A DNA stretch of 64,000 nucleotides from an uncultured Gemmatimonadales bacterium (GCA_963795085.1 CAWCFX010000004.1:448001-512000); one strand, 5' to 3'. Positions 46,012 through 56,524 are shown, numbered from the stretch's first letter. Notes: a model not told the origin generated them from the sequence alone. Made by a program: numbers and translations.

Positions 46012-48269
46012 CGGCGCCCATGGAGGGGCTCGCCGCCGCGCTCGCCGACCGCTACCGGCTGGAGCGGGAGGTGGGCAAGGGCGGCATGGCCACGGTCTAT
46101 CTCGCCCAGGACCTCAAGCATCACCGCCGGGTCGCCATCAAGGTGCTCCATCCTCAGCTGGCCGCGTCGGTCGGGGGCGACCGGTTTCTCGCCGAGATCC
46201 GCACCACGGCAAACCTGCAGCACCCGCATATCCTCCCCCTGTTCGACAGCGGGCGCGTCACCCTGGCAGCGCCTCCCCACGGGGCGGAGGGCGAAATACT
46301 GTACTACGTCATGCCCTTCATCGAGGGCGAATCGCTCCGGGACCGGCTCACCCGGGAGAAACAGCTCCCCCTCGAGGACTCCCTGCAGATCATGCGGGAG
46401 GTTGCCGATGCGCTCGACTACGCCCACCGGGCCGGGGTAGTGCATCGCGACATCAAGCCGGAGAACATCATGCTGAGCGGCGGGCATGCCATCGTCGCCG
46501 ATTTCGGCATCGCCCGCGCCGTCGGCGACGAGCACTCGACCCGGCTGACCCAGACCGGCGCGGTGGTCGGCACCCCCGCCTACCTGAGCCCCGAGCAGGT
46601 CACCGGCGAGCCGCTCGACGGCCGGAGCGACCTCTACAGCCTCGGCTGCGTGCTCTATGAATGCCTGACCGGCGAGATTCCCTTTGCCGGCCCGGCGATG
46701 TCCACCATGGCGCAGCGGGTGGTGGCACCACCCCCATCGGTCAGGGCCAGGCGGACCGAGACGCCGTCCCAGGTCGACCAGCTGGTGGCGCGGGCAATGG
46801 CCACCCAGGCGACCGATCGCTTTTCCACCGGCCGCGAGATGGTCGCCGCACTCGTCGCCCCCCGGCGGGAAAGCCGGCGCGATGGCCGCCAGGCCATGGT
46901 CGTCCTGCCTTTCGCCAACCAGAGCCCCGACCCGGAGAACGAGTACTTCAGCGACGGCCTGACCGAAGAGATCATCAGCGCGCTCTCCGGCATCAAGTCG
47001 CTCTCCGTGATTTCCCGGACATCGGCGATGCAGCTGAAAGGGACCACCAGGGATGTCCGGACCATCGGGCGTGACCTGGGCGTGCAGTACGTGCTCGAAG
47101 GCAGCGTCCGCAAGGCGGGGAACTCGCTCCGGATCACGACCCGGCTGATCGACGCCGCGAGCGATGCGCAACTCTGGGGGGACAAGTACGGCGGGACCAT
47201 GGACGACGTGTTCGAAGTCCAGGAGCGGGTGGCCCGGGAGATCGTCAAGGCGCTCGGCATATCGCTGACCAGCGACGAAGACCAGCGCCTGGCCCGCCGG
47301 GCGATCGAGCATCCCCAGGCGTTCGAGTGGTATCTCCAGGCCCGCGTCGAGTTCCGCCGCTACGGCTCGTCCATCGACCACGGCATGGCGCTGCTCGACC
47401 GGGCCATTGCCATCGAGGGCCAGACTCCACCGCTCCGCGCGCTGGCCGCCTGGGCCCAGGTGTCCCTGGTCCGTTCCGGGCACGCCGCAGGCCGCGGCGG
47501 GCTGGATGAAGCCGAAGCGGTCGCCCGTGCCCTGATCGAGGAAGCTCCCGAGGCTCCCTATGGCCATGCCCTGCTGGGGTTCATTGCCTATGAGCGAAGC
47601 CGGGCAGCGGATGCGGTGCGGCACCTCCTGGCGGCGCTCGAGCGCGAGCCCAACGACGCCGACAACATGTTCTACCTGGTCGTGTCTTACATCGCCGCGG
47701 GGCAGGAGTTCCGGGCCGTAGATGCGGCGGCACGCCTGATGGCGAGCGACCCGCTGTCGCCCCTGGCCTGGATGACGGCCGGGATCGCGCCCTGGTTTAC
47801 CGGGCAGGTCGGAGACGCCTTGGCCAGCCTGGTCCGGGCGGTAGAGCTGGATGAGAAGAACCTCCTGGCCCTCTGGAGCCTGGGCTACGCCTATGCGCTG
47901 GATGGGCAAATGACCGAAAGCGCGAAGGTGGCGGAAACCCTGCGGCTGAAGGACCCCGATTTCACCTATACCCGCCACCTCCTCGCCCTGGTGGCCGCAG
48001 TGGACGGCCGGAGGGACGATGCGCTCCGGCAACTGGACGGGGTGGAGGGTCTCGACGCGCATCATCACCTGCACCTGGCCGAAGCGTTTGCCATGGCCGG
48101 CGAGACCGACCGCGCCCTGTCGCTCCTCGAGGAAGCGGTCCACCAGGGGTTCCATCCTTACAATTTTATTGTCGACTACTGTCCGTTCCTGGCCCCGCTC
48201 CGGGAGACCCCGCGGTTCGCGGTGGTCGCGGCCCTGGCCCGGAAACGCTCCGACGAGTTTCACCCATGA
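46008..48269 (+). CDS. K12: Ser/Thr kinase + TolB-N-like domain + TPR, no TM
   Basis: HRDIKPEN, DFGIAR. N-lobe insertion RVTLAAPPHGAEGEI. MVVLPFANQSPDPENEYFSDGLTEEII directly follows the kinase, then TPRs. Confidence 0.92.
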   Translation: MTAPMEGLAAALADRYRLEREVGKGGMATVYLAQDLKHHRRVAIKVLHPQLAASVGGDRFLAEIRTTANLQHPHILPLFDSGRVTLAAPPHGAEGEILYYVMPFIEGESLRDRLTREKQLPLEDSLQIMREVADALDYAHRAGVVHRDIKPENIMLSGGHAIVADFGIARAVGDEHSTRLTQTGAVVGTPAYLSPEQVTGEPLDGRSDLYSLGCVLYECLTGEIPFAGPAMSTMAQRVVAPPPSVRARRTETPSQVDQLVARAMATQATDRFSTGREMVAALVAPRRESRRDGRQAMVVLPFANQSPDPENEYFSDGLTEEIISALSGIKSLSVISRTSAMQLKGTTRDVRTIGRDLGVQYVLEGSVRKAGNSLRITTRLIDAASDAQLWGDKYGGTMDDVFEVQERVAREIVKALGISLTSDEDQRLARRAIEHPQAFEWYLQARVEFRRYGSSIDHGMALLDRAIAIEGQTPPLRALAAWAQVSLVRSGHAAGRGGLDEAEAVARALIEEAPEAPYGHALLGFIAYERSRAADAVRHLLAALEREPNDADNMFYLVVSYIAAGQEFRAVDAAARLMASDPLSPLAWMTAGIAPWFTGQVGDALASLVRAVELDEKNLLALWSLGYAYALDGQMTESAKVAETLRLKDPDFTYTRHLLALVAAVDGRRDDALRQLDGVEGLDAHHHLHLAEAFAMAGETDRALSLLEEAVHQGFHPYNFIVDYCPFLAPLRETPRFAVVAALARKRSDEFHP

Positions 48270-50938
48270 GCGGCCCGGCCCCGCGACTCGCTGCGGCTCT
48301 CGCTGACCGCTATCGCCTCGAGCGGGAGCTGGGCCAGGGCGGCATGGCCACCGTGTACCTCGCCGAAGACCTGAAACACCGCCGCTGGGTCGCCATCAAG
48401 GTGCTCCGCCCCGAGCTGGCCGCGGTGATCGGCGCCGAGCGGTTCCTCCGTGAGATCCACACCATCGCCGCGCTCCAGCATCCCCACATCCTCGGCCTGA
48501 TTGACAGCGGAGAAGTGCAGGGGACCGCGTATTACGTCATGCCGTTCGTCGAGGGAGAATCGCTGCGCGACCGGCTGGCCCGGGAAAAGCAGCTGGCCGT
48601 GGGCGAGGCAGTGCGGATCGGGACCGAAGTGGCTGCTGCGCTGGACTATGCCCACCGCCACGGTGTGATCCATCGCGACATCAAGCCGGAGAACATCCTG
48701 CTGCACGATGGCTCGGCGCTGGTCGCCGATTTCGGGATTGCGCTGGCCGTGTCCACCGCCGGCGGCAGCCGGATGACCGAAACCGGCATGTCGCTCGGGA
48801 CCCCCCATTACATGAGCCCGGAGCAGGCGATGGGCGAGCGGGAGATCACCGGCCGCTCCGATGTCTATGCTCTGGGGGTGGTGGTGTACGAGATGCTGGC
48901 GGGGGAGCCGCCGTTCACCGGCCCCACGGCCCAGTCGATCGTCGCCAAGGTGCTCACCGAGGAGCCGCGTTCCCTGGCCGCCCGGCGGCACACCGTGTCA
49001 CTCACCGTAGAATCCGCGGTCATGACCGCGCTGGAGAAGCTTCCCGCCGACCGCTTTGCCAGCCCCGCGCAGTTCGCCGATGCCTTGAATGGACGGACGG
49101 AGCTCTCCGGTACGCACCGGCGGGCCGGTTCGCCGGTGCGCGGACCGGCGGCCGGGAAGCGGCTGGGATTGCTTCTCGCGATCGTCATCGCGGCAATATC
49201 GGTGGGACTGGCCGCGTGGAGTTGGTTCGGGGTAAGCCGCCGGCCGGACCAGCCGTCGCGCCAGTTCGTCTCCATGGGCCGGGACCTCCCGGTTTCGACC
49301 ACGGTGCCATCCCTGGCGCTCTCCCCGGACGGGATGATCCTCGCGTTTGTCACCCAGAATGCCGGCCGGCCGATCTACCTCAAGCACCGGGACCAGCTCG
49401 AGCCCCTTCCCCTAACCGGCACGGAAGGGGGAAACAACCCGGTGTTCTCGCCCGACGGCCAGTGGATCGCTTTCGTGGTCCAGGGCCAGCTCAAGAAGAT
49501 CCGGGTGAGCGGGGGTGCTATCGCCACGATTGCCGACTCCGTGGGCCAGACCCTGGGGTCCTTCGGGGGAGCCACCTGGCTGGACGACAACACGCTGGTC
49601 TATACCACCACGAACCTGCTGGCCCTGAAGCAGGTGAGCGCCGATGGTGGCGAAGCGACTCTGGTGCTCCCCGACACCCTGCTCCAGGGGCGGGGCAGTG
49701 GAAACCCGGTTGCGATGCCCGGATCCCGGGGCGTTCTCTTCAAGAGCTGTATCTCCGGCTGCAACGTGATGGCCATTCATGCGTTGGATCTTGAGACCGG
49801 CGCGGTGAAAGTCCTGGTCAACGATGCCGCCCTGGCCTGGTATCTCGGCGAGGACCGGTTGCTCTACGTGCGAAGGGATGGCGTGGGCCTGGTCGCTCCG
49901 TTCGATCCGGACCGGCTGGAGCTCACCGGCCCGGGTGTGCCGATCCTCGATGGCGTGCTGGTGAACAACGGGTATCCCCACCTGACCTGGTCCCGTTCCG
50001 GGACCCTGGCCTATCTCGCGGGGACGGGGAACGCCGCCGAGACCGAGGTGGTCCGGGTGAATCGGGGCGGGACAGCGACGCCGATCGACTCCACCTGGTA
50101 CGGCGCGTTCAACTCGCTCGCCGTTTCGCCCGACGGCCGCCGGGTGGTGGTAGGCGCGGGGGCCACCGCGGGCGGTCTGAATGTCTGGATCAAGGAACTC
50201 GACCGGGGGCCCTTTACCCGCCTCACCTTCAACGGAGCGGACCGCCGCCCGGCCTGGTCGCCCGATGGCCGCACGGTTGCCTTTCTCCGGGACTCGGCGG
50301 CCCTGGGGTGGGTCGTGGGCCGTGCCAGCGATGGCAGCGGCGCGGATATCACGCTGGGTCTGACCAGCCGGATTCTCCAGGAGGTTGACTGGTCCTCTGA
50401 TGGCCGCTGGATCGTGGCCCGGACCGACAACGGCACGGCGGGAAATGGCGACATCATCGGAATCCGGGTGGGGAAGGACACCGTCGAGGCTCCCCTGGCG
50501 GCCACCCCGTTCACCGAGCTGCACCCGGCGCTCTCTCCCGACAGCCGCTGGCTGGCCTATACCTCTAATGAGTCGGGGTTGAACGAAGTCTATGTACGCC
50601 CATTCCCCAACACTGCCGGCGGCCGGTGGCAGATCTCCCGCGGTGGCGGGGCGCAGCCCCGGTGGTCCCGTGACGGGCGTGAACTGTTTTTCCTGCGGGA
50701 CACCGACCTGATGGCCGCGCGCGTCAGCGCCCGGACGGGCTTTGAGGTGGAAAGCGTGGAGCGTCTGTTCAGCGTGCGGGACTTCCGGCAGGACCAATTT
50801 CACCAGACCTACGACGTGTCGCCCGATGGGCGCTTCCTGTTCATGGTCGGCCGCCGGGCACTGGTTGAGGCGGGTCCGCCCCGGATTGCCTGGGTCGAGG
50901 GCTGGCTCGACGACCTGGACGCCAGGCTCAAGCGGTAA
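48266..50938 (+). CDS. K13: Ser/Thr kinase + TM + TolB/PD40-like propeller
   Basis: Intact kinase motifs. TM LGLLLAIVIAAISVGLAAWSWF. SPDG repeats. ATGA overlap with K12. Confidence 0.93.
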   Translation: MSGPAPRLAAALADRYRLERELGQGGMATVYLAEDLKHRRWVAIKVLRPELAAVIGAERFLREIHTIAALQHPHILGLIDSGEVQGTAYYVMPFVEGESLRDRLAREKQLAVGEAVRIGTEVAAALDYAHRHGVIHRDIKPENILLHDGSALVADFGIALAVSTAGGSRMTETGMSLGTPHYMSPEQAMGEREITGRSDVYALGVVVYEMLAGEPPFTGPTAQSIVAKVLTEEPRSLAARRHTVSLTVESAVMTALEKLPADRFASPAQFADALNGRTELSGTHRRAGSPVRGPAAGKRLGLLLAIVIAAISVGLAAWSWFGVSRRPDQPSRQFVSMGRDLPVSTTVPSLALSPDGMILAFVTQNAGRPIYLKHRDQLEPLPLTGTEGGNNPVFSPDGQWIAFVVQGQLKKIRVSGGAIATIADSVGQTLGSFGGATWLDDNTLVYTTTNLLALKQVSADGGEATLVLPDTLLQGRGSGNPVAMPGSRGVLFKSCISGCNVMAIHALDLETGAVKVLVNDAALAWYLGEDRLLYVRRDGVGLVAPFDPDRLELTGPGVPILDGVLVNNGYPHLTWSRSGTLAYLAGTGNAAETEVVRVNRGGTATPIDSTWYGAFNSLAVSPDGRRVVVGAGATAGGLNVWIKELDRGPFTRLTFNGADRRPAWSPDGRTVAFLRDSAALGWVVGRASDGSGADITLGLTSRILQEVDWSSDGRWIVARTDNGTAGNGDIIGIRVGKDTVEAPLAATPFTELHPALSPDSRWLAYTSNESGLNEVYVRPFPNTAGGRWQISRGGGAQPRWSRDGRELFFLRDTDLMAARVSARTGFEVESVERLFSVRDFRQDQFHQTYDVSPDGRFLFMVGRRALVEAGPPRIAWVEGWLDDLDARLKR

Positions 50939-50970
50939 GCACCCCGTTCATTCGAAACCCCGAGGCTTTC

Positions 50971-51987
50971 ATGAAACCGCACCTCGCCATCCTCTTTGTC
51001 GTCGCCTGTGCCCCGGCGTCCGTCCCCCCCCCGGGGCCGGTGACTCCCACCGCGATCGAACAGTCCAGCGGGACCACCGCCCTGCTCATCGCGATCAGCC
51101 CGGTCAGCAACGATGTGGCCTGGGCCAGCGGCACCCAGGGGACCTGGCTCCGGACCACCGATGGCGGTGCCACCTGGCAAACCGGCCGGGTCGCCGGAGC
51201 CGACACGCTCCAGTTCCGCGATGTCCACGCCGTGGACGTGAACACGGCGTTCCTCCTCTCGATCGGCAACGGCGACCAGTCACGGATCTATTTCACCCGT
51301 GATGGCGGAACGAGCTGGGCCCTCCAGTTCACCAACCCTCTTCCCGAGGCGTTCTACGACTGTTTCGATTTCTGGGACCCGAAGCGGGGGCTCGCGATCG
51401 GCGATGCCGTCAACGGACAAACCATGGTGCTGGAGACCACTGATGGCGGCGAACACTGGAACCTGATTCCTCCCTCCCGGCTGCCGCCCGCGCTCGAGGG
51501 CGAAGGCAGTTTCGCCGCGAGCGGCACCTGTCTCGTTACCCGCCCCGGCGGGCCACGCCTGGATCGCGGCGGGCCTGCCGCTCGCCCGGCTGCTGCATAC
51601 CGCGGATTACGGCCGGACCTGGTCGGTGGACACCATGCCGCTGTCCACCATCGCCTCGGTGAGCTTTCGCGACGACCGCCACGGCATCGTCCTCGGCAGC
51701 GACACGACCGCCGGCAGCGCGGCCACCAGGGACGGCGGCCGGACCTGGACCCGGGGGGGACCCCAACCGCTCGCGTCCGGGATCTACGGCGGCGTGTTTG
51801 TCCCCGGGGCCCGGGTACCCACGGTGGTGGCGGTGGGCCCCGCCGGCCTGGCCTGGTCCCGCGATGACGGAATGTCATGGACGGTCATCAACCGGAACGT
51901 GTATTGGTCGGTGGGCTTCACGTCTCGCCCGGCGTCGGCTGGGCGGTCGGGCGCGGGGGCCGCATAACCCGGCTGGAGGGGTTCTGA
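50971..51987 (+). pseudogene. BNR/YCF48-like beta-propeller lipoprotein with two apparent frameshifts (pseudogene or sequencing indels)
   Basis: Asp-box repeats (TTDGGATW, TRDGGTSW, TTDGGEHW) in the first frame. Homology continues in another frame after ~51551 (HAWIAAG...TADYGRTW, TRDGGRTW, SRDDGMSW) and shifts again at ~51924 ([19 protein letters not shown]). Confidence 0.75.
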
Positions 51988-51988
51988 C

Positions 51989-53281
51989 ATGATGCCCATG
52001 CCACCGTGGGGGGTCCGTGTCAGCGTCCTGCTGTGCCTGGCCGCCCCGCGGCTCTGGAGCCAGGACCTTCCATCCGGAAACCCGGAAGTGCTCGGGTTGT
52101 CTTCGGAGCGGCTGGCCCGGATCGGCGGGGTGGTGGCGCAATACACCGATTCCGGGAAGGTGGCCGGGGTTGTGACCATGGTCCTTCGAAACGGCCAGGT
52201 GGTTCACCGTGGGGCCTCTGGCTGGGCGGACCGGGAAGGGAACCGCCGGATGAGCGAAGACGCGCTCTTCCGCATCGCCTCCCAGACCAAGGCGGTCACC
52301 AGCGTCGCGGTCATGATGCTGGTCGAAGAAGGGCGGATCCAGTTGGGCACCCCGGTCAGCGCTTTCCTCCCGGGGTTCGCCAGCAGTACGGTAGCGGTGC
52401 CCACGGATAGCGGCGTCGCCCTCGTGCCTGCTGCCCGCCTGGTCACGGTTCGCGATCTGCTGACGCACACTGCGGGGATTTCGTACGGCACCGACCCAGC
52501 TATCGCGGAGCGCTACCGGGCCGCCGGGCTGGGCCCGGCCGCCGGGTGGGGGTGGTACACCGCCGATAAGGACGAGCCGGTGTGCGTCACCATGGACCGG
52601 CTTGCCACGCTGCCCCAGGCCGCCCAGCCTCGCGCCGGGTTCGTCTATGGCTACGCCACTGATATCCTCGGCTGCGTGGTCGAGCGCGTCTCCGGGATCC
52701 CCCTCGACCAGTACTTTCGGTCCCGCATCTTCGAACCCCTGCAGATGCGTAATACCTGGTTCTTCCCGCCGCCGGAGGCCGCCGGCCGCCTGGCGGTGGT
52801 GTACGCGGTGACCGAAGACGGGCGTCTGGTGCCCGCACCCGAGGGCGCCAGGGGGCAGGGCCACTACCTGGCCGGGCCCCGGCGGAGTTTCTCAGGCGGC
52901 GCCGGCCTGGTCTCCACCGCCGGCGACTACGCCCGCTTTCTCCAGATGCTCCTGAACGGAGGAGAGCTTGCCGGCCAGCGGCTGCTCAGTCCGGCGAGCG
53001 TCGCGCTGATGACGCGCGACCACCTGGACTCGCTCTATTCCGCAGCCGGCCGGGGATTCGGACTGGGTTTCGAGGTCATCGAGGATCCCGGGCTCGCTGG
53101 CGAGTACGGATCGGTGGGCCGCTATGGGTGGGGTGGGGCGTACGGGACAAACTACTGGGTGGACCCGGCGGAAAAGCTGGTGGCCGTCTACATGGTGCAG
53201 TTGCTGCCCCAGCGCGGGATGGACCTCGCCGGCCGGTTCCGGACCCTGGTATACCAGGCGATCGTGAAGCCGGCCCCGTGA
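51989..53281 (+). CDS. Serine hydrolase (class C beta-lactamase-like family)
   Basis: Signal peptide, FRIASQTK (SxxK), [32 protein letters not shown]. Confidence 0.92.
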   Translation: MMPMPPWGVRVSVLLCLAAPRLWSQDLPSGNPEVLGLSSERLARIGGVVAQYTDSGKVAGVVTMVLRNGQVVHRGASGWADREGNRRMSEDALFRIASQTKAVTSVAVMMLVEEGRIQLGTPVSAFLPGFASSTVAVPTDSGVALVPAARLVTVRDLLTHTAGISYGTDPAIAERYRAAGLGPAAGWGWYTADKDEPVCVTMDRLATLPQAAQPRAGFVYGYATDILGCVVERVSGIPLDQYFRSRIFEPLQMRNTWFFPPPEAAGRLAVVYAVTEDGRLVPAPEGARGQGHYLAGPRRSFSGGAGLVSTAGDYARFLQMLLNGGELAGQRLLSPASVALMTRDHLDSLYSAAGRGFGLGFEVIEDPGLAGEYGSVGRYGWGGAYGTNYWVDPAEKLVAVYMVQLLPQRGMDLAGRFRTLVYQAIVKPAP

Positions 53282-53299
53282 CCCGAGGCAGCGCGAGAC

Positions 53300-54391
53300 T
53301 CAGTTTTGATCTTCGACCAGGCTTCGATAACTGACCCCTGGATTGCTCACCATCTCAAGGAAACGCTCCACCGTCTGCAGGTGCTGGGAGCTGAAGTGCC
53401 CCGGCTGGGCCGTGGCACCCCCGAAGCCGCGGTCGAACCAGCTGCGAATCAGCACGGCGCCGGGCTGCGGGGGCAGTTGCCGGACGCTCTCCACGTAGGT
53501 ATCGAAACTCCCGTTCCGGAGCAGGTAGAACTCTACGTTGGACACGTAGAACGCTGAGACCGTCTGGCCGGTGGCCCGGAGGTAGCCGCCGATCGCACGC
53601 ATCGCGCCGGTTCCTCCCAGGTCGCCCACCACGGGGATGACACGGTTGCGCCGCTGGAGGTCGCGGACCGTCCGCCACCGTTCCTCCGAGGCGAGATAAC
53701 TGCGCCGCCGGCCTTCGCGGTCGGTTTCCAGGTAGAGTCGGCGGACCGTGGGGTACTCCCGTGTCGGGGGCCGGCCCAGGGTGGAAAAGGTCAGGGCCAG
53801 CCCCTTCACCGCGAACTCATCGTGAAACCGGCGAATCGTTGCCAGGTCGGCCGCGGAAAGGGCGAGGCCAAGACCGAGGATTCGGCGAACCAGGGCCTCG
53901 TGGACCATCCGGTGGCCGGCGGAGTCGAAGGGCAGGCGATCAAGGCTATCCAGCAGGGCGGACAGATCCTGGCGCGACCAGTCGCCGCCGGCCCGCTCCC
54001 GCCCGTAGAGCTGGGCCAGGAAATCCATGCGGTTCTCCGCACTCTCGAAGAGGGCCTTGAAGAGCAGGTGGAGCAGCAGGTTGTCCCGCCGGACGTCGAT
54101 CAGCAGGGCCAGGTCGGGGCGTACTTCCGCGATATAGCTGAAGTTCTGTTCCGGGCCGACGCCCAGGTACACGCCGCCCCGGACCCGGCGGCGCTCGAGA
54201 TCTCCCATGACATGCAGGTAGGCGGTCTCATTGGAGACCAGGTTGTCGGTGTCGAAGTATCCCTCCGGCTCGGAGAGGGTATCCACCAGCCTGGCGAACT
54301 CGAGCGCCGGGGCGGGAGCCGAGCGCTGAGGCGTGCAGCCGGCCAGTACCAGGGCGAGAAAGAGGAGATGTCGCTGGTTCACCAATCGCAT
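53300..54391 (-). CDS. Hypothetical lipoprotein
   Basis: 363 aa with lipobox LAGC and globular composition (GGVYLGVGPEQNFSY, FYVSNVEFYL). Function not recognised. Confidence 0.75.
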   Translation of the reverse strand: MRLVNQRHLLFLALVLAGCTPQRSAPAPALEFARLVDTLSEPEGYFDTDNLVSNETAYLHVMGDLERRRVRGGVYLGVGPEQNFSYIAEVRPDLALLIDVRRDNLLLHLLFKALFESAENRMDFLAQLYGRERAGGDWSRQDLSALLDSLDRLPFDSAGHRMVHEALVRRILGLGLALSAADLATIRRFHDEFAVKGLALTFSTLGRPPTREYPTVRRLYLETDREGRRRSYLASEERWRTVRDLQRRNRVIPVVGDLGGTGAMRAIGGYLRATGQTVSAFYVSNVEFYLLRNGSFDTYVESVRQLPPQPGAVLIRSWFDRGFGGATAQPGHFSSQHLQTVERFLEMVSNPGVSYRSLVEDQN

Positions 54392-54489
54392 GCTGAGCCC
54401 TGCCGGTTCCGGGTTGCCTTCGCGATCCTCTAATCAAACACGACCGCGGGCAGGCGTCGATGTCCCGGCAGGGCCGCGCCAGCCGGTAC

Positions 54490-54518
54490 TTGACATATTT
54501 AGACACTTGTCTCAATAT
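54490..54518 (+). promoter_or_regulatory. Sigma70-type promoter with ArsR-type inverted-repeat operator
   Basis: TTGACA (54490-54495), 17 nt spacer, CAATAT (54513-54518). Inverted repeat ATATTTAGACA-CT-TGTCTCAATAT (10/11). The ATG follows 6 nt after the -10 box. Confidence 0.7.
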
Positions 54519-54524
54519 CTAATC

Positions 54525-54797
54525 ATGAATGATAGCGTATTCCGGGCCCTTTCCGATCCCACCCGGCGCAAGATCCTGGAGCTGCTCGCCAGAGGCGACC
54601 GCTCAGCCGGCGAGATCGCCGAGAAGTTCCCGGTGAGCTTTGCGTCGGTCTCCCATCACCTGGGGGTCCTTCGCTCGGCCGGGTTGGTCGCTACCGAGCG
54701 GCAGGGGCAGAGCATCGTCTATCGCCTCGACACCACCGTGTACCAGGAACTGATGCGCTCGCTCCTCAAGATGTTCGGAAAGGACCAGCATGCGTAA
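54525..54797 (+). CDS. sdpR: ArsR/SmtB-family repressor (SdpR-like)
   Basis: 90 aa, VFRALSDPTRRKILELL...SAGEIA...SVSHHLGVLRSAGLV...RQGQSIVYRLDTTV, directly upstream of an sdpI-like gene. Confidence 0.85.
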   Translation: MNDSVFRALSDPTRRKILELLARGDRSAGEIAEKFPVSFASVSHHLGVLRSAGLVATERQGQSIVYRLDTTVYQELMRSLLKMFGKDQHA

Positions 54798-55434
54798 CCG
54801 CAACTTCGGATTCGTCATGGCGGCCGTGGGCATCGCCTTCTCGGTCTGGGCCTGGCCCCGGCTTCCCGAGGTGGTGACGACCCACTGGAACCTGAAGGGC
54901 GAGCCGGACGGATTTTCCCCGCGGTGGATGGCAGCCGGGTTGCTGCCGCTCGTCCAGGTGGGACTGGTGCTGGTCTTCCGGGTCCTGCCCCGGATCGATC
55001 CGCGGGGCGAGAACTACGCGAAATTCAGCGCCACCTACTGGGTGATTGCCAACAGCGTCATCCTCTTCCTGGCCGGGGTGCATGTTGCCATGCTTCTCGA
55101 GGCCATGGGCATCCCGGTCGACGTCCACCGGATGATCGGTCTGAGCGTCGGGCTCCTGCTCATGGTCATGGGCAACTATCTAGGCAAGGTGCAGCCCAAC
55201 TGGTTCATGGGCGTGCGCACCCCGTGGACCCTGGCCAGCGAGAAGGTCTGGCGACGGACGAATCGCACGGCCGGGTGGCTCTTCGTCCTGGCGGGCCTGC
55301 TCATTGTCATATCGGCATTTATCCCTTCGATCCCGACCGTCACCGTGATGGGGGTTGCCGTGGCCCTCGCTGCGCTCATCCCGGTGATCCAGTCCTACAT
55401 CCTCTGGAAAAAGGAGCAATCCAATGCGCGCTAG
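54790..55434 (+). CDS. sdpI: SdpI-family membrane immunity protein
   Basis: LPEVVTTHWNLKGEPDGF, LPRIDP, GNYLGKVQPNWFMGVRTPWTLASEKVWRRTNR. Multiple TM segments. Confidence 0.88.
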   Translation: MRNRNFGFVMAAVGIAFSVWAWPRLPEVVTTHWNLKGEPDGFSPRWMAAGLLPLVQVGLVLVFRVLPRIDPRGENYAKFSATYWVIANSVILFLAGVHVAMLLEAMGIPVDVHRMIGLSVGLLLMVMGNYLGKVQPNWFMGVRTPWTLASEKVWRRTNRTAGWLFVLAGLLIVISAFIPSIPTVTVMGVAVALAALIPVIQSYILWKKEQSNAR

Positions 55435-56467
55435 CATATTGGTCATGGCCTGCCTCGCCATTTCCAGCCGGGTGGTTGCCCAGGGAGCACCGGGTCAGCG
55501 AGCGGATACGCTTCCGCCCTCCGGCGCCGAGGAGACCGAGTTTTCGTTTGCTAACGGCAGCGTGACCCTGGCTGGCACGTTGACCGTTCCTCGGACGCGC
55601 GCCGCGGCGGTGCCGGTTGCCGTCATCATTGCCGGCTCCGGGCCCACCGATCGCAACGGGAACAGCCATCTCGGCCCGGGAGTGGTCTATCGCAGCAACG
55701 CGCTGAGTCAGCTCGCCTGGCGGCTCGCCGAAGATGGCATCGCGTCTTTGCGATACGACAAGCGGGTCCTTCCAGCCAGCATGAAACAGATTGACACGAC
55801 TCGGCAGGATGCGCTCGCGGAATACCAGCAATACATTGAATTCGACAATTTTGTGGAAGACGCCGCTGCCGCTGCCCGGTCGCTCGAACATGATCCCCGG
55901 TTCTCGATGGTGATCCTGGTGGGGCACAGCGAGGGAGCCGGGCTCGCCGTCCGGGCTGCCAATCGCGGGGCCCCGGTTCGCGGAGTCGTTCTGCTCGCGG
56001 GTCTGGGACGGCCGTTTCTGGTGACATTGCGGTCGCAGTTGGCGGCCCAATTCGACGCTGCGGCCATGCTGACCTACGACAGCGCCATGGCGAGGTTCCT
56101 GCGCGGCGACCCCACCGGACCGGTCCCGCCCGGCCTGGGGCCACTCTTTGCCCCGGCGAACCGATCGTATATGCGAACGTCATCCGAGTTTGACCCGTCA
56201 CTCGAGGTCGCACAACTCGACGTTCCCGTCCTGATCGTCCAGGGGACGACGGACATCCAGGTGTCGGTGGAGGATGCCGGTCTGTTACACCGGACCCGGC
56301 CCGGGGCTATTCTGGTGGTCCTCGAGGGAGCCAACCACGTCTTCAAGCACGTGCCGGGGACCAGCCAGGCGGCCCAGCTGCCCAGTTACACCGATCCCAC
56401 GATGGCGATCGTTCCCGAGTTGCCCGCGGCGATCACGCGCTGGGTGGGTCGGCTGCCGGAACGGTAG
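55424..56467 (+). CDS. Secreted alpha/beta hydrolase
   Basis: LAGTLTVP, IIAGSGPTDRNGN, LRYDKR, GHSEG, QGTTDIQV, ANHVFK. Confidence 0.9.
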   Translation: MRASILVMACLAISSRVVAQGAPGQRADTLPPSGAEETEFSFANGSVTLAGTLTVPRTRAAAVPVAVIIAGSGPTDRNGNSHLGPGVVYRSNALSQLAWRLAEDGIASLRYDKRVLPASMKQIDTTRQDALAEYQQYIEFDNFVEDAAAAARSLEHDPRFSMVILVGHSEGAGLAVRAANRGAPVRGVVLLAGLGRPFLVTLRSQLAAQFDAAAMLTYDSAMARFLRGDPTGPVPPGLGPLFAPANRSYMRTSSEFDPSLEVAQLDVPVLIVQGTTDIQVSVEDAGLLHRTRPGAILVVLEGANHVFKHVPGTSQAAQLPSYTDPTMAIVPELPAAITRWVGRLPER

Positions 56468-56524
56468 GCTCGGCGATGAAACCAGGTGGAGGCTTTCGCC
56501 CGGCCATGGATTCCCTGGATTCGG

